Part shown: piece after piece, positions 49,658-63,704 of the stretch
Layout: each line of letters begins with the position of its first letter
Position numbering within the stretch: the first letter of the stretch is position 1
NCBI GenBank assembly: GCA_977017645.1
Contig: OZ360243.1
Coordinates: 65,224,001-65,288,000 of the forward strand
DNA length: 64,000 nucleotides
DNA from: Torpedo marmorata
Lineage: Eukaryota
Direction of reading: 5' to 3'
Notes under the pieces: model-generated
Told to the model about the DNA's origin: nothing
Database searches by the model: none
Seen by the model: only the letters and a program-made list of their open reading frames with translations
Position numbers and translations under genes: made by a program

Positions 49658-52518
49658 CCTACAAAATTGTTGACAATATCGCTCACTATTCAATTCAGTA
49701 TTAAACATAATGATATTGTGCGAGTAGATTCAACTCGCACGAAGAATGTGTTATGGGAGGGGAACTATTGTCTTGTTGGGGAAATAATTGTGGAGGAGCC
49801 TTTCAGTGACCAGAGGAAAAAAATACCTCAAATAGCTAGGCCAGGTAATTTATACTAAGTTTTGCGTTTCTGTCACCTAGAGCCGTGTCTCGGGCCCGTT
49901 AAGGATTTGATACATCTCTCAGCCCTTCTGGTCCAACTGACCGCAACGGATACCAATCCCATTAAATGGCACCTTGACAGAGTGAAGGATGGGCCGTGAG
50001 TCTGAGCTATTGACATTGGTGCCTTTGTCACCTGGAATATTCGACCTGGCATGTTCTGAGATAGTAGCCAATGACTGCCGGAGATAACTGTAGCAGTCGA
50101 TTCAGACTCAAGTGTTTTCTCTCTCAGAGGAGCAGAAAGGACCTCTATCTACCGCCTCTCAGAGGTGACACTGTGTATGGTTAACACAGAACAGTTTCAT
50201 AAAAGCGCGACAATCATCCAAAAAACATCCCTTCTCTCGACTCTACCCCCTTCATAGCGGATGGAATAAAAGGAATAAAGAACATTGTTCGGATGATATT
50301 AAGCATTTTATCACAAAGTTTAGGAGGTGTTACTTTATCTCTCTCCCCACCCCTGTCAAGTTTTACAAGACCCAGTCCGGGCCCCGGAACTGTCCAAGAT
50401 ATTTTAGCATTTCCAAATGGAAACAAATTCCATTGGATGACAGTCCCAAATTTACCGCATTCAGTCTTTCAGTTAAAAGCAAAAGAACGGGGTTAATGGC
50501 TGATCAATCTCCAACGGAGCAACCGGCCGCTCGCTTCGCAACGCTGGATTTGAAAGGAACTACGGCGCGTTTATACGACCCCCCCCCCCCCCCCCCCACT
50601 TATGTTGGTTACAGTCCCAGAAACAACACGCGAAATTTTCAAACGAGAGATTACCATCGCCGTCACTATGTCCTGGTTGAGAAGGCAGGAAGGAGGGAAT
50701 GAACGCGGTGAGAAGGGAAGGAGAAGGGCCGGGCGATGAACCTGATTTACTGCCCTTCAATTCGACTATGTTGATAACTCTTACCCTACTGAGTAGCTCG
50801 GTAGATGCGCAACATTAAAGTACCCATGACAAAGCAGAGTATACCACATCAAATGTTTTATCGCACGAATTTTAAAAGTTTCACACATAGCTTTATATAT
50901 CCCTAGGTAAACACACAGTCGTCTGGGTACATTTGTAAACATGTACAAGCACATATGTATATGCTCATGTACATACATAAACAGGCGTAGACGTATGTAT
51001 CTTCATATGCATATATACACATGAACAAGCACATGTTCACAATGCGCAGGGGTTTATATGCGTGTGCTTACATATACACACACCACTTACAAGCGTTGCC
51101 GCTGAATAATCTGCCAAGAAGGGGCGCATTTCTGGAAAAAGTGAAATTGACATGAAATTGATCAGTATTTAGTTTGACAAGAGGCAGCTGTGACGGTGAA
51201 ATCACTTCGTCTTCTTGTTCATTCTGTTTCCAAGTGTTTTACAGAGGAGCGAAGGCCCGTAAAGAGCGTTAGAATAAATGCTTTATCCCCAGCAGATATA
51301 TCCCCGGGGTTATAAACAAAAATTGCCAGCATGCGTAACGATAAAACGACACTTGCCTAAATGTTCCCTTGGTCAGTTAATAACTTCCACTGTAACAGAT
51401 GATCTTCATTGTGGAGTCAGTACCAGATTGTAATACTACAGACCGCAGAATTATAAATAAAAGCGTTTAAGTTATACTAGCGTCGAAGACATTAATCGTA
51501 TATCAGAACTGTTATTTAGTTTATTTTATACAATGATTCGCAGGGATATCTTCGACGTTCTTGACACAGTTTAACACTCGTTCAATTTTACATTTTAATG
51601 CCGTTGAAACGGAGAATATGGCGCCGAGTCCCCGGCATCCCACCTATGTATGTCCTGTTTCAGCTTGACAGATAGGTACAATCAAACAAATCCTGATTCA
51701 CCTCACACCTTACAGCGCAGTAAACCTAGCTTCAACCCGACAGTTTAGTGCGGATCGACTGCAGCGCTCAACCCGAGTTAGCCGTAAAAATAAATTAATT
51801 GTGATTACTTTCATACAGCGCAGTCTACGCTGCCTTTGCACGGTCGGAATGTATAAGGAGAATCTTTAAGAATCCATCTTAAATCAGTTAATAACGATAT
51901 TCAATTTGAATGTCAGAATCACCATTCAAACCAGCTTCACGGACTCGGACGGTTCTTTGGTTTCAGACGATCCCGAGGATAGATTGTTATGTTACTCCAT
52001 CTGAAATTATTACTGTTCTGTTTCAATCAAACCAGTATACCCGAAACCCCAATGGCCCGGTCGATTTCCAGAGTAATTGATTTCATGATATTCTCAGCCA
52101 CATTCTCTCTTCTGGTTGACAATCGTCCTCACAATATAATTTCATTGCAAAATACGGGTTGACACTCTCAACAAGAATACATCTCACTTCGACAAGACTC
52201 CTCCCGTTGTCACTGCTAATCCTATATGTGTTTTTCCCCCTGCTTTAACATCAGGGGGGAAAAAACATTATTTAGTCCCGAGTGAGCGCCTTCGGGACTT
52301 GCCCCGTTCCACGTGGAAAAAGATGCTGAGAAAATATAAATATTTACTGACCTCTTGAGCTCTTGTGCTCGCCACTCACTGCCTTTTTTCTTCCCCAACC
52401 CCCCCCCCTCCTCCCCCTTCGATCTCTCTCCCAAAAGGTATCGCACGGTGACGGCAGAGAAGCGACGAACAATTAAAGCAGAGCCCTCTATTTCAACCAG
52501 CGAAAATTCTTCACTCAC

Positions 52519-52673
52519 CCGTGTCTGCTCACGCAATGCCTGTCTCCCAAGTTCTCTTCCGGGTTGTTAAAGGTACTCGGGTCAAAGCGAGGAATGACCA
52601 GAGAACGCAAGACGATTAAATCTTCCTTCAAATGGTTTAGACAGAAACAAACAAACAAACGCGGCGTTTTATA
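52519..52673 (-). promoter_or_regulatory. Candidate distal promoter and alternative first exon (exon 1a-like)
   Basis: TATAAAA on the minus strand at 52673-52667 and consensus donor GG|gtgagt at 52518, about 9 kb upstream of the proximal exon 1. Confidence 0.4.
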
Positions 52674-53924
52674 AGCGTGGCTCTGATGTAGGGGATGTGC
52701 AATATCTCCGGGGGTCGTCATTTAACTGTGTGATGTTTATATATTTAATGCAATAACGTGGAAATATTTTAAATGCACGTTCTGGGAATATATCGTTTTA
52801 TTAAAATTTTATGAAACACTATTAATGCAATCTCCGCCCTTTTCACGTCGACCCCCCTCCTTCAAATAAATTTATTTAATTGGATTAATTCATGCAATAA
52901 ATAGATGAAGCTTTTCGGCGACTTTTATTTCAAACCGTTACAAAATTTCTGGTTAATCCAGCAAAAAAAAAGGCATCGGAAATGTGATCATATTTTTAAT
53001 CATCTAAAGCTTAAATACTCGGTCACAAGAAGGGAACTAACAGCGGCCCAATTCTCCTTGTGAGCGGCATTTCAATCCATGTCTTTAATGAAAAGATAAT
53101 CTTTCATAAGTGTCGCAGACAGATAGTATCTGGGTAAAACGTGAAGATTTTGTTACAGTTCGGGGGGAATCTCCTACACACGAAATTAAAACTGGTTTTG
53201 AGAAAAATGCATTTAACCTGTTTTGGGGATTTATATTACCGCAGAATTTTACAGAGGGGCTTTTAATATTTTACCCCTCCCACATCAACCAATACTATCT
53301 ATGAAAAAATGTTAAAATTAATTCTTGTGTGTTTTTATATATTGTTTTACTGTATATCTGAGTCTAATAAATCTAGTGGAAACTGATTACATTCCGGCTG
53401 GTCTGATGACGAACGTTATGGTATCATTCATTGTATCTCATTGTATGCTAAACGTAAATTGATCGCCGCAATTTCTATCATCGGCGAACGAATGCAATCA
53501 AGCTAATAAATTAAAGATAATTAAGTAGAAACCTCGGGATTGACAAAATTCGGAAACAATGAACAGAAGTGCAGAATTAAAAAACAAAGACCCATTTCCA
53601 GAAGGCTAAGAGCAGACAAGGAGAAACCCGACTTTACATTTATTGCAGGATATATAGCAACGAAGAAAACATCTTTATTCTCCGCATTCATTCGATATAA
53701 TGAACAACTAACTGTGACGCACGGGAGTGACGGATTCCGTTAGACGATAACAGAATAATGCGTTTGCAGTATCTATTGTTGGCGTGTTACACGAATATCT
53801 GTGGTATAATTCTTTATTTTAATATATCAACTTTGTTGTGCCTTTTTCAGATTAACGTCGAAACCTCCGAGGTCAAAGGAACGGAATTATATTAAACGGC
53901 TTGCAATGTTAGATGTACGATATA

Positions 53925-53931
53925 CATAATA

Positions 53932-53977
<46 letters not shown>
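53925..53977. repeat. (TA)n microsatellite
   Basis: Seen directly. Confidence 0.95.
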
Positions 53978-53981
<4 letters not shown>

Positions 53982-54382
53982 ACGCCTTAACAAACAAATG
54001 AATTATTCCAGTGAAGTTGATTGCAATAGACGTTGGGTTATCTGCATTTTGTTCCTTTGTTTTAATTGTGCGAGATCTTCTGTTACCACAGCGTGTGTGC
54101 TTGAAGTGAGGGTTTCCGCGATGCAGATGAAACCGGAGGCAGTAAAGGGTTTTATTTTGCCAGATAGAGGATGGAAGAAAGCCAATTTGGGCGATCACAT
54201 TGATAGCAGTTGACATATATTAATATGAGTAAGATTTTAGTTACTGTGTACCAATACACTAGGCGCTGTTCCTTTATGTTGTGGCAACCGCCCACTAATC
54301 CGTTAGGTCTTGTTTGCCTTTCTTGTGCTTTTAAAGGCATTTTGCGTCTTTGAAATGGCCATTGCATGTTCCAAGAAAGGAG

Positions 54383-54384
54383 GG

Positions 54385-54415
<31 letters not shown>

Positions 54416-54454
54416 TAGGAAGAGAGAGAGAGAGACAGAGAGGGAGAGAGGGAG
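54383..54454. repeat. (GA)n microsatellite
   Basis: Seen directly. Confidence 0.95.
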
Positions 54455-57181
54455 ATCTGAAGTTAGCTTTCTTCATATCCGATGAATACTTTTCAAGAAC
54501 ACAACAATGAACAATGCCTAGACTAAGACATGCTAATGTTTCATTTTGGTAAAGGATGGATTAAGATTACCTACAATTATTTATGAGATTTATTGCAATG
54601 TGTATTTCAGCCTTAATTTTACAAATAATTTGATAATCCTTCACTTCCCTTCCCAACCCATGGAATATATTATTGTGCATTAGGTCATAGTACTATTGAT
54701 ACTTCATTCAGAAAAGAACCCGAGGAACAGGATTGGGAGTAAATTTATCCAGGAAAGATCATTAGCATTAGAGATGCTAATGAGAGTTTATTACTCCACG
54801 AAAGGCGACAAAAAAAAATTCATCTGCTAAATGGATATTATCAAGAAACGTTTGAAACTTTTTATACAACGAAAATATATTTGATGATTTTTATTATTAG
54901 TCATTAATATTGGAATACCTCTTATAGTTTTATTTGCATCCTTAGTGCTCAAAGGCACTCATCGTTGTTAAAAAGATAATAACAGGACGGATAGGTATAC
55001 GAATAAATTCTTACATCTCTCCTCGGAAATGATATGCTTTGTAATTTAAAAAAAAATCTCGATCTGACATCGAATTTCACGGTCATCTTCGGCCAAATGA
55101 TGCAATCGGCCCGCAGCATCTGATTTATGATAGGAGGTCTTTATACCATCTGAATATCCATCCAAACATCAGTNNNNNNNNNNNNNNNNNNNNNNNNNNN
55201 NNNNNNNNNNNNNNNNNNNNNNNNNNNNNNNNNNNNNNNNNNNNNNNNNNNNNNNNNNNNNNNNNNNNNNNNNNNNNNNNNNNNNNNNNNNNNNNNNNNN
55301 NNNNNNNNNNNNNNNNNNNNNNNNNNNNNNNNNNNNNNNNNNNNNNNNNNNNNNNNNNNNNNNNNNNNNNNNNNNNNNNNNNNNNNNNNNNNNNNNNNNN
55401 NNNNNNNNNNNNNNNNNTCTTTCCCCCTCCCTCTTTTTGGGCTGAAAATTTTAATTAAATTGTACTAATACCAACAATTTTTCATCTGAGCTCCGTTAGT
55501 GTTTTTTTATGGCGAGCTGGGGCTGACTTTCTAAATATTAGTGAAGGTGGCGAATTATAAATTACTTGCTTCTTATCTGTACTGCTCATGGAGCCGGGAT
55601 AAGAACGCCTGATTAAGAAAGAAGTCAGGGCCAACGTCGGATTCATAATGATTTCGAATAATGCACCCTTATCTCTGCGTGGCAGATAATCAGCCTTTCA
55701 ACTCCCAGTGTTTTGTTACATTGGGTAATTTATTGCATCTAATACATCACAATGAATCTGATGTAAAAATGCGATGGTCACCGTTGTGAAGCCCCCTATT
55801 TTTCATCCAGGGGGTAGTGAAATGCCTTACGATTTTAATTGGGAAAATATAGTGGATCTGATAAGGACAATAATCTGCCTTTGAGTGCTCGAGTGCTGTT
55901 TAATTAGTGTGTCAATTTCTAGCCTGAAATTAACAAGATCGACCTGAAATTGCGCGCTTTTGCCTTTCTAAAGCACCTCAAGACATTTTCATCAGACTGC
56001 ATGTCTAGAATACTTGCATTACAAAAAAACAATGATAATTATCATAAACATTAGAGGCATTGCACCATGAAGACCGCGCAACAATATTTTGCATATTAAA
56101 ACGGGGATTGGTCATTCCACTAAATGTTTCGTTCTTTCCAGGAGATTCACTTCTATGAAAACTGATTAGAGAGCAGTTTTGAGGCTAAAATTTGAGCATG
56201 CATTCTGCAAATATCACACTTGATGTTCTAAAAATCGATGGGCACTGCAGAAGCGGAATACTATTTTCTGTGTACGAATATTCCGTTGCTTAATTTCCAT
56301 GTATGTTTTCAGACACATCTTAGATAACACCGAGGATCATTGTGAAGCATATAATGGTATTATAGCACTGCCTGTCAAAATTCATGCAGGATCCCAAGAT
56401 AGGTTTTGACGAAATAAAACGCAGCCGCATTATTGGCATCTATTCATTGATAAAACATTCAGCTCGTTTCGTTGTTTCTTAATATATTGATTCCATTAAG
56501 GAATCCTTGCTTGCTCTCTTGCACAGGCGCCTACAGAAATTCTGTTTTTTAAAGCGCTTTCGTCCATAAACACTTTAAAAAAAACGCGTGTTCTTAATTT
56601 CTCCGCTGATTGACTGGTTTTGGCAGACAAAAGATTCAGCTCGCTCTACAAGCACACTGAACAGCAAGTCAATCTAGAATAACGGGAGCCGACCAGAGAA
56701 CATATTCTGCATAATTAGCCGTTTATTTAAGCATTTCCAACGCAAATTAAACCCTGGCGTTTGCATAATGGTTGTATGGCACACTGACACTCGGGATCCC
56801 CAACATGATTCAGGTATCTCTTTGGTTACCAACATCAGGTGTCCTTTTATAACGGAGGAAATACAGCGTTGCAATGTAAGTCGTCAGGAAATCACCATTC
56901 CCATTGCCTGTCATTTATTTGCGGAATTATGCAGCATCACTCTCTGACATTGCAAATAAAATAATTTATCCACGCGTTAAATACGACAATTGAGAAGATT
57001 TATTCATATCAACACCCTCACAATCATTTCAGATTTTAAAATTAGCTCCACGCATTTAACCCGCATTTTCAATTCCTTGCCAATAATAAATTTGCATGAT
57101 ATTTGCAACTTTAATTAGTGCATTCACACCTTCCTCCCAGTCTCCGTTCCTCCAGCCATCGCTATAATCCCAGCCATCTCT

Positions 57182-57188
<7 letters not shown>

Positions 57189-57251
<63 letters not shown>
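57189..57251. repeat. (CA)n microsatellite
   Basis: Seen directly. Confidence 0.95.
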
Positions 57252-57253
<2 letters not shown>

Positions 57254-59129
57254 ACATACAACATCCCATCTCTCCCCACCTCTAGACTTAAAACAAAGAC
57301 AGCCTGCTGCGAGAATAATCTCGTAAGCAATTGATTTTTTATATCAAAGTCTTCATTGCATTTGGTAAAAGCACAAAGGACTTTCATCACCATTGAACAT
57401 CAGGAACCCAAGCCCACACCTCAAGGCATTTGGCAGTCCAGGTTGCCCTTTTCATTGCAGGTGACACATGGAGACGAAAGCGCCTGGGCCACTCACTTCA
57501 CCCGGTCTGATATTGAATATAGTTGTGCAGAAGTGGGATGAGGAGTGGCGAATGAATTGGGGGTTATAAATGGGGTTGTACCTGTTTGAGGTAAACGGAC
57601 AGCGAGCGTTCAAATCTCTCTCATTCCCATGTTTAGAAGGAAATGAATCTTGTATTGTGACAGACCTCATTCCAAAGCCCACAATTTCCAAGGGTTTCGC
57701 TGGTTGGACGGTTTATCTTTAGGACAGTATGAGGCAGAACCTCATTACAGCGAGCGGGCTGGGATTAGAAGTGGTATCTCGGAACATTTAATACATTAGA
57801 ATGATAATTTCATTAGAATAGCAATCCTACAATAAATCGGCATACTATTAACCATGGGGATAAATAAAAACATAAAACAATGCATATTACTGATTCCGAT
57901 TATTACATGGCACGAATTTTAGAAAAAGTATATTTTGCACGCGGATAGTTTTATTTTCAAACGAGCAAATTAATATAATGTTAAAACTGGATTAAACACG
58001 CCTAGAAAGCGGATTTATATATGAATTTGCATTGGTGTGCATACAAAGCACGTCTATAGCTGGGGAGATCTTCACTATTATTTAACGCACTGGACTTGAT
58101 CACTTGGAATGTCTTTATATGAAATGAAAATATTTTATTGCACTTAGAATTTTGCTTCTATTTAGTAACAGAATGCGTTTGAATCCAGTTATCGCCGATT
58201 TCAATGTGGTCTTTAGATTTTTGAATAACCCCTTGAAAACCCAAGTTTAGAAAAAAGTTACATTGTGGGGTTTTTTAACAAATATTCGACACTGTGGTTT
58301 GGTTCGGCACTAACAATGTTGCGATTTTCACGCTGACTTCAGTCTGCGCTGATTTCGGGTTCGTTCCATTCGGGAATTCATTACTATTAGTAAGAGAGGC
58401 TTTAAGCGGCTTAGTGAATGGCTGTTTGTGGAGATTCGGGAGCTCTAGTAAAAAGGACTCAGTTTCACAGCAATCGCTGGAACAAATAAATGTCGTTTAG
58501 CGTTTACACTCCGTCTGGCGACGTCTTGTCGGTAGCTAGCTGGAGACCTCCATTTCCACACGGCTAAAATGTCCTTGGCTCTTTACAGAGCCTAACTTCG
58601 AAGCTATCAGGTTCTACTGATCGCCTTCATTTCACAAGGCTTTGGTTACAGCAGCGAGTTGTCCCGAAATTTACTTACTGCTGCCGGGTCCCCAATGAGT
58701 GCCAGAGATCCTAATATCCAATGGCCAGGGATCACTTGCATTTCGTTAACGTTTTGCCCTCTGCGTGTATTTGTGTCCAGTTAGATTCCCCTTACATAAA
58801 CTGAGCACTTTTCTCTGCAAATTTAATAGACACAAACTATTTAGGATTTTAATTGGTTTCATCAAAGGAAACAAAATGCTCACAAGAAAGTACCGATCAA
58901 TGACCGTTTTATGTCGTTCGGTGGAGGGGGGGGGAGTTTATATATTGTCTTGGGAATAATAACATCGCACTGTTGGAGGGATGTGTTTGTTCCTTGACAA
59001 AGAAGGTGTTTTTTTTTGTCATTGAAATTGTTGACAAGAAACTAAATGCCTACATTTATTGCAAATCGCAATATATTAGAACAACTTGCAGCATATATGT
59101 TTACAATATGCATACACACACCATATAGC

Positions 59130-59236
59130 CACACACACACACACACACACATATGGTTGTGTGTATAATATAGTGTGTATAAATATGTGTATATACTTAT
59201 GTGAGTTTATATTATATACACCTCTCTCTCTCTTTT

Positions 59237-59293
<57 letters not shown>

Positions 59294-59300
59294 GTATATA
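59130..59300. repeat. Compound (CA)/(TG)/(TA) microsatellites
   Basis: Seen directly. Confidence 0.9.
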
Positions 59301-59905
59301 ATTTCATATNNNNNNNNNNNNNNNNNNNNNNNNNNNNNNNNNNNNNNNNNNNNNNNNNNNNNNNNNNNNNNNNNNNNNNNNNNNNNNNNNNNNNNNNNNN
59401 NNNNNNNNNNNNNNNNNNNNNNNNNNNNNNNNNNNNNNNNNNNNNNNNNNNNNNNNNNNNNNNNNNNNNNNNNNNNNNNNNNNNNNNNNNNNNNNNNNNN
59501 NNNNNNGACATTTAGGATGGTATTGAGACCTCGGGCCTTTTACGTAGAAGCCCGGGTAAAGGCACCACCTCACAAACCGATCGCCGCAACTCCTGCCCCC
59601 GTACGCAGTGGGTTGTATAGTGGCCCCATCGGCCTCCTCGAAGCCCACCTCACCAGAGTGGAAGCAAATCAATCTTCGATTCCGATGAGCCGCTTCAGAA
59701 GAAGTTGCATGTTTGAAATAAACGAAGCGTATTTTATTTCCACCAAAAATTCACTCACGCGCATTGCTGACATTTTTGGAGCGATGTATGAATTTATGAT
59801 CTACTTTTGTTGACATGCGCATGAAAGTCATTTTGCCAGGAGCACCGTGGAATGTACGAAATTACGCGTGCACACACATTCACCAAAATCTTAAATTATG
59901 GCGCA

Positions 59906-60071
59906 TGGTTACTCAAGCGGTGGTCTGTGTGTGGGGGGGGGGGGTGGTTACTCAAGCGGTGGTCTGTGTGTGTGTGGGGGGGTACTCAAGCGGTGGTCTG
60001 TGTGGGGGGTTACTCAAGCGGTGGTCTGTGTGGGGGGGTTACTGAAGCGGTGGTCTGTGTGGGGGGGGGGA
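59906..60071. repeat. G-rich minisatellite, 5 units of about 29-40 bp
   Basis: Unit ggttactcaagcggtggtctgtgt(g)n. Confidence 0.92.
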
Positions 60072-62604
60072 GAAGGCGAGGTTGGAGTGTTCAGTCCACG
60101 GTTAACAAAATTGACAGGGTTTTGGAATAAGCAACAGGACGTGGAAATGTGTAACTTCGAGTAGACGCGGGGCGGGAGGGGGCATGCTGGAGGCTAATTC
60201 GGACAAGTGGCGGCAGGAGAATTTGGGACGGCAGTTGTCTATTATTTTGACTCCCTGTCTCAATCCATGCACACTATCTCCTATCCGTCACTCGTAAATA
60301 GCTCGGCACACATCAACATATCATAGTCTAGGATTAAGTAAACAGAGAGATTGGTGGGAGATTTTCATCTATGCACTGCACTGTGGACACAATGGTCCTG
60401 TTACTTCATGCAAGACGGGGACTACATTGCACCAGCTCCAAAATATTAGAGCAAACTTGAAACTCAAGGGCTCAAAGGGTTAAGCGGCATATTTCTCTCA
60501 GACAGGGAGTGTTGTCCGTCTCCAAGCGCCGCAGGATTTAAATGCCGCCAGCATCAAATGATCGAAATAATCTTAAATAAATAAGTGCGCGGTGAATCTG
60601 CAGGCATATTGAGTTAATGTCGTTCAGAGACTTCCAAGGCACAGTTTCAGGGGTTGGACGTGGTGAAAGGGAAGGTAGAATCAGCTTTGAAGCAGTGTAT
60701 TGAAAATAGATGTAAGTGTAAAAGTTGTACCTCCAGGGCTGTTAAGAGGGTCCCTCAAATCACTAACTTAAATAATACGGTTTAGGGCAAAGCGAGCGTT
60801 ATGTTGTGTCATCTTACAAGTCGCTCTGATTGACACCGCGCACCGAGGATCGGGTTAATCCTGTCTTCACTCTTCTGCGTTTTCATAACTCATTTATCCC
60901 TCCTAGATTATGACTTTGATCGTTGCCATGGAGAAAACGATAGGACTAAAGCCATTTCCATGTCTGTAAGAAGGCCATTATTCCGCATGCATAGGCCATT
61001 TTCAAAAAGGTCGTCGCAAAGTCATCGGCCACTGAACAGGTTTTCAGTTCGGATTTTATTTCCCACTCAACCTTACATCTCCCCTTTAAATATAAACGCC
61101 CTGCACCTTTTCAATAAATAAGCGCGGCAGTTTGTTGAGATGGGAAAAAGACGCAACGATTTTGTATCTTCATCAATTTCTTTGCGGGAAACAATTATTT
61201 TCCACGTGGAAATGGTGTTCAAAAGCAACCTGGAATCAAACCTAATTAATTTCATTACCTGTTGCATACGCCTGCAATATCACAATGCAACATACATGTA
61301 ATTGAACGTCGCGTTCATCGCGTCTGGTGGGGTTTGAAATACACAGAGATACACAGTTAAGTATATAAATCAACCCTCGCAGTATATTTACCTCTGGTAC
61401 TCAGAGGCTGACAATGTCGCACTAATTGCCGGAAAAATCGACACTGCCAGTGTAAGATGCAAATTGGATGAAATTATTCCACACATGGATTTAACATTAT
61501 AATAATTTCTGGGATAGTTTCCCCTTTCCATATCTGTTATCATACATGTAATTCCACTCATTGGACTGACAGTAACAGGCCGCTGAACACTGGATATTAA
61601 ATTTCCATCTCTGACAGAATTCAGAGAGATTGCTACCTCTGGTTCTCCTTTTTTTTAAAAATATTTTTTTTGTCAAGGCAATACAGAAATGAGTCTGATT
61701 GTCTATTTTATGTAATAAACGCCCTGGATTAATTGATGGGCTCACAATACTTCATTACTGATAAAGACTCTAGGACTAATGCTGATGTTCAGCAGAGGCT
61801 GATAACATTTTGTTAACAAGTAGATAACAGAAGAGCAAGATATGTTTGTTTAGCTGTTTTTAGATAACCGGCTGCCTGGTTTAACGATAAGTTTTTCTTT
61901 TGTGAATGATTGCAAATGGAGGTGCGGCCGAATCCTCTATTTTGATTTGTCATCAACCGGTATCTATCATAAGAAAAAAATGAAGTAAAGAGGTTTCATT
62001 ATACCATTTAATGATGTTTAAATTGTTGTACCTATCCTTCCAGATTGGCCCTTTAAAAGAGCGCCGTATTAATTGATACCGCCCGAATTAATGACACTGT
62101 GTTAGAAAAGTGTCTCTCAAATTAACCAATTAAATACAAACAAAATCTTTAAGAAAGAATATCGAAAAGCTTATCTCGAACTACTAACAGGCAGAATTTG
62201 AGAACAACTCGAGATTGCTGTTTTTTAACACTTCAGAAACACTTCTAGCAGCGGTGTACTTAAACTGAGGTTCACACACAATGCGGTCAATTATCCTCCT
62301 AAAGAGATTTATATTTCCTCCCTGACCTCCAAATCTATCCAAATATTCTGAAAACAGTACGGCTAAATCATATTGTTTGTTTCTTTAAAAATGTTTCAAC
62401 AATTAATATTGTCGAGAAATTCTACGTTTTAAAAGTCAGATTTTATTGATAGTTCTGGCTTCAGTCAAGGGTGTTGGACAACTTGGAGTATTGTCTGTGA
62501 TTCGTTTATATTTCAGTTTCTCGGCTGTACACCCATTCATACACCGTTTTTTAAAAAATCCCCGATGTTTCCCTGGTTAACAGAAGCCGCCTCACTCAGG
62601 TTGA

Positions 62605-62830
62605 TGTAAAACACGAAAGTCTGCAGACACCATGATTAAAGTAAAAACACAATGCTGGAGAAACCCAGCAGGCCGAACAGACATTGTACGTTCTGTAGCA
62701 AAGATAAAGATACATAACAACGAAAGTGTGATGAAGGGCTCAAGCCCGAAACGTTGGTGATGTATCTTTATCTTTGCTACATAAATGACACTGTTTGTCC
62801 AGCTGAGTTTCTCCAGCGTTGTGTTTTCAC
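62605..62830. mobile_element. Short Penelope-derived fold-back element
   Basis: Same family, with inverted arms around tgatgaagggctcaagcccgaaacgtt. Confidence 0.85.
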
Positions 62831-63704
62831 CCAGGTTGATTGCAGTTTCAACCGGCAGCTGCAAGTGAAGCGATGAACGGCAGATGGCTCCGTTTCTCCC
62901 CTGTTCAATCCATCAATCCAATACATTGAAAATGCTCGCACCACGAATTTGTCCAGTTCTCTCATTCTCCCCAGCTTCCCTCTCTGCCAGCTTTGAGGAA
63001 CGTCGCTCTATTTTAGCAACAGCGATTTATTTGTTTTGAAGTCCATTATCATGCGGAATTTGGACAGAGTAATATTATTCTCTGTGCAGACCGTTTGAAT
63101 CTTGTTGCAAAAAGAGCCGGTAACAATGAAACCAATTTAATGACTACCCCAGATAAGAAAAGAAACCCTTTGCAGATCAATATTTGTAAAGGAAATGAAA
63201 CGTGAGGTCGGACCTTATCAGGATCATAAACATGTATCAAAGTATTCAAATGAAGCTATTACGAAGCTTAAGAAAATACATCAACCCTCCATAACGCCGG
63301 AGGCGATGTTAAAAAAATGTAGATAACCCAAATTTTACAAAGTATAGTGTTTATTCGGTTTTTTTTACTGCATGTTTAATTATGCAGAAGTGCTGTCAAC
63401 AGATAACTAATGAGATTCTTAATTAATTTCTGATTCCCCGTTTCGTGGCACGGTCCACAGTGACTCTGGTATGATTAGCAGTGGACCATTGCAAACCCGG
63501 AGTACAGCTGGGAATGTTTGATGTTCATGCACTTACCACCGTCCAACTGTACAGGACCCCACAAAGCAGTCACTCACATCCCTGTCAATCTTTTAATTTG
63601 TCATTTGCTTTTGTTGCAAACTCAGCCAATATTTTAAGCTTTTAAGTGAAGGGAGAGTGGCGGTAGAATTTATGGGGTGCATGGTGTACATAATGCATGG
63701 TGCA

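Noticed and set aside
59906-60071. CRISPR-like repeat array
   Set aside because: There are no unique spacers, only variable G/GT runs, and the context is a vertebrate genome.
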